From NCBI GenBank assembly GCA_003649205.1, contig QMRC01000003.1, forward strand, positions 1 through 64,000: a stretch of 64,000 nt of DNA, given 5' to 3'. Each line of letters begins with the position of its first letter. Within the stretch, counting starts at the first letter, position 1. The notes beneath the pieces were generated by a model. It worked only from the letters and a program-made list of their open reading frames with translations, was not told the DNA's origin and did not search any database. The DNA is from Thermoprotei archaeon. GTDB taxonomy: Archaea; Thermoproteota; Thermoprotei; Thermoproteales; B15-G16. The position numbers and the translations under genes were made by a program. Positions 59,767 through 64,000 of this stretch are shown here, one piece after another.

Positions 59767-60279
59767 TTGAGAGCATTAGACCTCCTCTGGGCTCCTTGGA
59801 GAATGAGATATGTCAAATACGCTGCAATTAGGAAACCCACTGAGGAGTGTATATTCTGTAAGGCTCGCGATGAAGTAGGTAAGGAGAGAGAAAACCTAGT
59901 GCTTTTTCGTGCAAAGTACTGCCTTGTAATGCTTAATCTATTTCCCTACAATACAGGTCATCTGATGATTGCTCCCTATAGGCATGTACCCTCACTTGAG
60001 CAGCTAAGTGATGAAGAGCTTACAGAGCTCATGGTACTTACAAAACGTTGTTTGAAGATGCTTCGTGAGGTGTATAGACCTGATGGATTTAACATAGGTA
60101 TCAACATAGGTAGAGTTGCAGGTGCAGGATTTGAAGGGCATGTACACATACACATAGTACCTAGGTGGAATGGTGATACAAACTTCATGCCTGTGATAGC
60201 TGGTACTAAGGTGATCCCCGAGTCGGTACTGGATACATATGACACGTTGATTAAGTATACTCACTTGCTTAGAGAATGA
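59767..60279 (+). CDS. HIT family hydrolase
   Basis: LWAPWR, CIFC, PYNTGH, HVHIHIVPRW. Confidence 0.92.
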   Translation: MRALDLLWAPWRMRYVKYAAIRKPTEECIFCKARDEVGKERENLVLFRAKYCLVMLNLFPYNTGHLMIAPYRHVPSLEQLSDEELTELMVLTKRCLKMLREVYRPDGFNIGINIGRVAGAGFEGHVHIHIVPRWNGDTNFMPVIAGTKVIPESVLDTYDTLIKYTHLLRE

Positions 60280-60337
60280 GCAGGTTTATGACCCCGTTAA
60301 ATAAACTTTTCTCTTTTACAACAACGAGGTGCTGTGA

Positions 60338-60529
60338 GTGAGAGAGTACGTAGTCGTTAAGAAAGACTTCTCTATCAAGGTACCTGCTGTGATCAGAAAC
60401 GCACTGAAGCTAAAGCCTGGTACAGTGATGCAGATAGAGTACAGAGCAGATGACCACGTACTAGTGCTGAGACCAGTTGCTAAATTAAGAGTTAGAGAGG
60501 TTAAGAATGAAGGAAGTTTGGGTAGGTAG
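60338..60529 (+). CDS. AbrB/MazE-like DNA-binding protein
   Basis: IKVPAVIRNALKLKPG. Confidence 0.7.
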   Translation: MREYVVVKKDFSIKVPAVIRNALKLKPGTVMQIEYRADDHVLVLRPVAKLRVREVKNEGSLGR

Positions 60530-60787
60530 ATGAGAGACTTCACAAACTACCTACTATGCTACAGATTAGTTAAAAGAGCTATCGAATTCATCTTACTTGA
60601 ACACAATGATTCTATACCGAAGAACATGCTCTATGACATGGTTAGACAACTAGTCGAAGACGAAGTTAAGGTAACAGAGGACGTATTTGAAGCTGTAATT
60701 CAGGAACTCGAACAACTAGGATTTCTGGAGTTAGTGAATGTGAGAGGTCTATGGGTTGTACGGAGAAGGGATGTAGGCAATACTTAA
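60530..60787 (+). CDS. Small winged-helix protein
   Basis: FEAVIQELEQLGFLE. Confidence 0.6.
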   Translation: MRDFTNYLLCYRLVKRAIEFILLEHNDSIPKNMLYDMVRQLVEDEVKVTEDVFEAVIQELEQLGFLELVNVRGLWVVRRRDVGNT

Positions 60788-60822
60788 AAGATCTGACTAG
60801 TGGTGTGGTATAAGGTGAAGCT

Positions 60823-61296
60823 ATGAGCCAGATACAGCAACCTAGAGTTGAACCACCTCCACCACCAATAGTTAAGGTACCTAGGTTAATTACATTTGGT
60901 GGAGTACCACCGAGAATGTACAAGGTAGGTAGAGGATACTCCATCGGCGAGATAGAAGCTCTTGGACTAACAGTTCGTGAAGCTAGATTACTCGGTATAT
61001 ACGTCGATGAGAGAAGGAAGACAGTGTATCAGGAAAACATTGAGCGACTAAGAGAGTGGTTAGAGAAAGTTAAGAAGGGTGAGATTGTACCACCACAACC
61101 AACATTACCGAAGGTGATTAAGATTAAGAGGAAGAGAGGGAGAGTCTTCAGAGGCTGTACACCAGCAGGGTACAGGATGAGAGGTCTCTACAGCGTTGGA
61201 CTACATGAGACACATAAGTGGAAGTGGAAGAAGAAGTACAAGGAGAGGATGCTGAAGAAGAGACACGAAGCAGCTAGGGCTAAGGGTGGTCACTGA
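60823..61296 (+). CDS. rpl13e: 50S ribosomal protein L13e
   Basis: [12 protein letters not shown]....AR.LGI.VD.RRKT...ENIE.L, with C-terminal extension. Confidence 0.9.
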   Translation: MSQIQQPRVEPPPPPIVKVPRLITFGGVPPRMYKVGRGYSIGEIEALGLTVREARLLGIYVDERRKTVYQENIERLREWLEKVKKGEIVPPQPTLPKVIKIKRKRGRVFRGCTPAGYRMRGLYSVGLHETHKWKWKKKYKERMLKKRHEAARAKGGH

Positions 61297-61312
61297 AGCA
61301 CTGCTACCTCTA

Positions 61313-62017
61313 CTACACGATACCTAGTATCTTCAGTAGATCACTTAGGTTGTTTAGTGTTAGGTCCGGTGCAACTGATGTCTGTATATCTCTTCCACGT
61401 GTTAGGAGTATTGTCTTTATGCCTGCTGTCTTACCGCCTAAGATATCTTCCCAACTTGTACCCACGACCAGTACTTGAGTGGGTTTACACCTCATTTTCT
61501 TGAGAGCAACCTGGAATATCTTTCTATTTGGTTTAGGTACTCCAGTAACGTCAGCACTAACAACACCTATAAAGTACTTGAATAGCCCTGAGGATATCAG
61601 CATCTTCCTAGCTACGTCACCATCAAGATTAGTCACTATGCACAATGACATACCTCTCTGTCTCAACTTAGCTAATGCCTCCTCTGAATCCTGATAGGGT
61701 TTTGCGGCATTTATCATGCAGGTCATAGCTGAATCGGCTAGGAAACCGAGTTCTGTAGGACCAATGACAATATTATTTTCCTCAAGTAGTCTTCGTACAC
61801 TATCTCGAATTATCTCCTTCATATTTCTAAACTGACCCCTTGCTATAGCATTTACATACCTTCTCTCGATTTCATTCCTCAACTTCTTCGCTATGGATTC
61901 CGTGTCCTCTCTAATTGGGTACTCTCTCTTCAGCATACTAGCTATGTTATTGACATACTCACTGTAGTCAAGCACAACATTGACGTCCATTAGCAGTCCT
62001 CTAATACCTAGTGACAC
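61313..62017 (-). CDS. HAD-superfamily hydrolase
   Basis: LLMDVNVVLD, IVTN, KPN..IF, VG...EDI.G. Confidence 0.8.
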   Translation of the reverse strand: MSLGIRGLLMDVNVVLDYSEYVNNIASMLKREYPIREDTESIAKKLRNEIERRYVNAIARGQFRNMKEIIRDSVRRLLEENNIVIGPTELGFLADSAMTCMINAAKPYQDSEEALAKLRQRGMSLCIVTNLDGDVARKMLISSGLFKYFIGVVSADVTGVPKPNRKIFQVALKKMRCKPTQVLVVGTSWEDILGGKTAGIKTILLTRGRDIQTSVAPDLTLNNLSDLLKILGIV

Positions 62018-62078
62018 AGCATTTCACCCAAGTAATTCCCTACTTGTGACTTAGACTTGTTTACTAGGTATTAAAGTA

Positions 62079-62303
62079 TTAGCAAATGCTCTCAACTAGA
62101 GTATTCTGGTTACCTGCTCCATACCTTCTAAAGCTATCTAGTAGTGGTAGTACTCTAGCGAGGATGCAACATCCCTTACCTCCGTTCCTACAGTAATTAA
62201 GTAGCTTCTCATGCCTAATTCTCCACTCCTCCGGTGATAGGAAGATGCATCTCCTTCCATCACGTGTCTCACAGTAGTAAGGACAGGAACTATTTTCAAC
62301 CAT
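62079..62303 (-). CDS. Small Cys-rich protein
   Basis: CPYY, C, C...G.GC pattern. Confidence 0.55.
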   Translation of the reverse strand: MVENSSCPYYCETRDGRRCIFLSPEEWRIRHEKLLNYCRNGGKGCCILARVLPLLDSFRRYGAGNQNTLVESIC

Positions 62304-62393
62304 GTTCTTGACCCAACTCTGACTTAGTAAATGGGTAAGGTTAAGTCAATGTTTTGTTAAGTTATAGGTATAATAGTAGGAGGTACAGCTATC

Positions 62394-63056
62394 TTGTCAG
62401 CGCTCGAAGTTGTCTACAGGAAGGTTCTCGATAGAGTACTCAATCTTGCTAAGTACTTCACTACAAAAGTTACTCAACTCGATCTAGATGTGTATGATGT
62501 CTCTATTGGATCACACTGTGTTAGGTTATGGCTACTCAATAATGATGAGTTTTGGCACGATCCTAGGTTCTTAGCTGAGAAGCTATGTATTGATGAAGGT
62601 AGAGGTACCTCAGTGATAATCTTGTGTAGGATACCGAGTATTGTCGTGTACGAGGTTCAGACTAGCTTTGAGAGAGCTGAGAGATGGTATGGACTTAGGT
62701 ATCAGGTAGATGTCTATGGTCTTAGTGTCTACGATACTAGGGTTGAAGCATCTTTTGAGAAGATAATATACACAGTGACTACGAAGTACATGCTTGAGGT
62801 TGTTAGGGACAACGAATTACTTACACAAGCTCACTACGGTCTACCCTGTCCCAAGTGTGGTAACGTTATTGAGCACTACTACGTATCTCGTACTTGGAGA
62901 CCCTCATACATATACGAGTGTCCAGTTAGAGACTACTACATAGTGTGTAATCTCTGTGGTACTAGGATGAGAGGTGTAGAGGTGCTTACTCTGCTCATGG
63001 AGAAAGTAAGGGATATTAAGGTTTTTGAGCCTGAAAGAAGTAGTGATCGAGCATGA
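62394..63056 (+). CDS. Hypothetical zinc-ribbon protein
   Basis: CPKCG and CNLCG. Confidence 0.65.
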   Translation: MSALEVVYRKVLDRVLNLAKYFTTKVTQLDLDVYDVSIGSHCVRLWLLNNDEFWHDPRFLAEKLCIDEGRGTSVIILCRIPSIVVYEVQTSFERAERWYGLRYQVDVYGLSVYDTRVEASFEKIIYTVTTKYMLEVVRDNELLTQAHYGLPCPKCGNVIEHYYVSRTWRPSYIYECPVRDYYIVCNLCGTRMRGVEVLTLLMEKVRDIKVFEPERSSDRA

Positions 63057-63406
63057 GTAAGAGGAGGAGAAGAAAGAGTGAAGAGAGTAAGGGATTGAGT
63101 ATCCTATCCTTTGTCGAGGAATCTGAAGAGAAGCCAACTAAAGTAGTTGAGGAAAAAACAACCACAGCACCAACCTTAACAACCATACACACAACCGTAA
63201 CAGCAAGCGAGGAGGAGCTTGTTGCTTCGTTCTTGACAAGATTTAAGAGAGTTACGAAGAAGGACTTAATCGATTGGGCTAAAACAAGGAGAATACCACT
63301 GAGTAAGGTGTTCACAGTAATTTCAAAGCTTGAGAAGGAAGGTAAGTTAGTTAAGAGATTAAATGATAGAGGAGAACTCATTTACGAGGTTAAGTTATCA
63401 CAGTAG
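63053..63406 (+). CDS. Winged-helix hypothetical protein
   Basis: VISKLEKEGKLVKR...LIYE. Confidence 0.65.
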   Translation: MSKRRRRKSEESKGLSILSFVEESEEKPTKVVEEKTTTAPTLTTIHTTVTASEEELVASFLTRFKRVTKKDLIDWAKTRRIPLSKVFTVISKLEKEGKLVKRLNDRGELIYEVKLSQ

Positions 63407-63453
63407 TGTTAGCTGATTGAGTGATGTAGGACTCTCGCACAGATTGATGAAGA

Positions 63454-63726
63454 TTACACTTTGCGTATAACTACCTCGTCTATGCTGTGGATAACCGCAC
63501 CTAAATTCTCGATAACTTTCTTTAGTTTCTCAAAGTCAAATCCTTCACCTTCAACCACTATCTTGACGGTTTCAGTGTTTACGTCAACTTCCTGTACAGA
63601 TATCCTCACGTGCTTAACCCCAGCTACCTTCAGTATGCTCTTTGCTAGGTCAACTATTGAGGGGTTATGTGGTTTTAAGACGTCGAGAACCAATTTACAG
63701 ACAACTTCTCTATCACTACTTAACAT
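63454..63726 (-). CDS. DUF211 family protein
   Basis: LVLDVLKPH.P...GAVIHSIDEV. Confidence 0.88.
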   Translation of the reverse strand: MLSSDREVVCKLVLDVLKPHNPSIVDLAKSILKVAGVKHVRISVQEVDVNTETVKIVVEGEGFDFEKLKKVIENLGAVIHSIDEVVIRKV

Positions 63727-63817
63727 GTAGTCCTCACCGAGGATTCCTAAGTTAATGTAGATTAGTACCTCTTTAAAGCTTTTTTACTTCTGAGGCTACT
63801 ACACAACAGGTGTCGAG

Positions 63818-64000
63818 ATGAGTAGTGAGGTCGTGAGTGGTGTATCTGTTGAGGTCAAGCTCTACAAAGATGTTCCTCAAGACTCACTATTCGTGCTGGG
63901 TCTACCTGATGTTGGTCTTGTTGGTGCCATAGCAGTGATGCAATTGATTAGGAATTTGAATATGGAGGAGATTGGTTATATTGACTCTGATGTGTTTCCA
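63818..64000 (+). CDS. Proteasome assembly chaperone (PAC2) family, partial
   Basis: MSSEVV...FVLGLPDVGLVGAIA...EEIGYIDSDVFP; runs off the window edge. Confidence 0.8.
   Translation, partial: MSSEVVSGVSVEVKLYKDVPQDSLFVLGLPDVGLVGAIAVMQLIRNLNMEEIGYIDSDVFP

Noticed and set aside
63412-63470. Possible sixth C/D-box RNA (GTGATGT...CAGA...ATGAAGA)
   Set aside because: No properly spaced terminal CTGA box D.
1-64000. CRISPR array or cas genes
   Set aside because: No regularly spaced 24-40-bp repeats seen. The tandem repeats found are coding heptad or hendecad repeats, and the RuvC gene has no adjacent array.

Overview
Archaeal chromosome window, most likely a hyperthermophilic Thermoprotei/crenarchaeote (L13e, TFB, RFC, A-type ATP synthase, PaREP1 genes, C/D-box guides). 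All assignments come from motif recognition; no searches were run. About 1-18.1 kb is an accessory/defence island ending at the 3' end of an intron-containing tRNA-Phe. It holds HEPN-MNT and PIN/Panacea-like toxin-antitoxin pairs, pseudogenes, many short coiled-coil/TM proteins, an McrB-McrC pair with a separate EVE-domain gene, an ABC-ATPase module and a membrane-anchored HerA/VirB4-like ATPase. Directly after that ATPase is a truncated TnpB-like RuvC gene framed by structured GC-rich non-coding segments, whose 3' tail is complementary to its own leader. About 18-64 kb is mostly core genome: a group 4 [NiFe]-hydrogenase soluble module head-to-head with the A1Ao ATP synthase operon, amino-sugar/deoxyribose genes, RNA-modification genes, five C/D-box sRNAs, hisS, GTPases, rfcS, tfb and rpl13e. 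The best candidates for undescribed systems are the HerA + mini-TnpB + self-complementary ncRNA locus (14.1-17.6 kb) and the split McrB/McrC/EVE cassette (5.7-9.5 kb).
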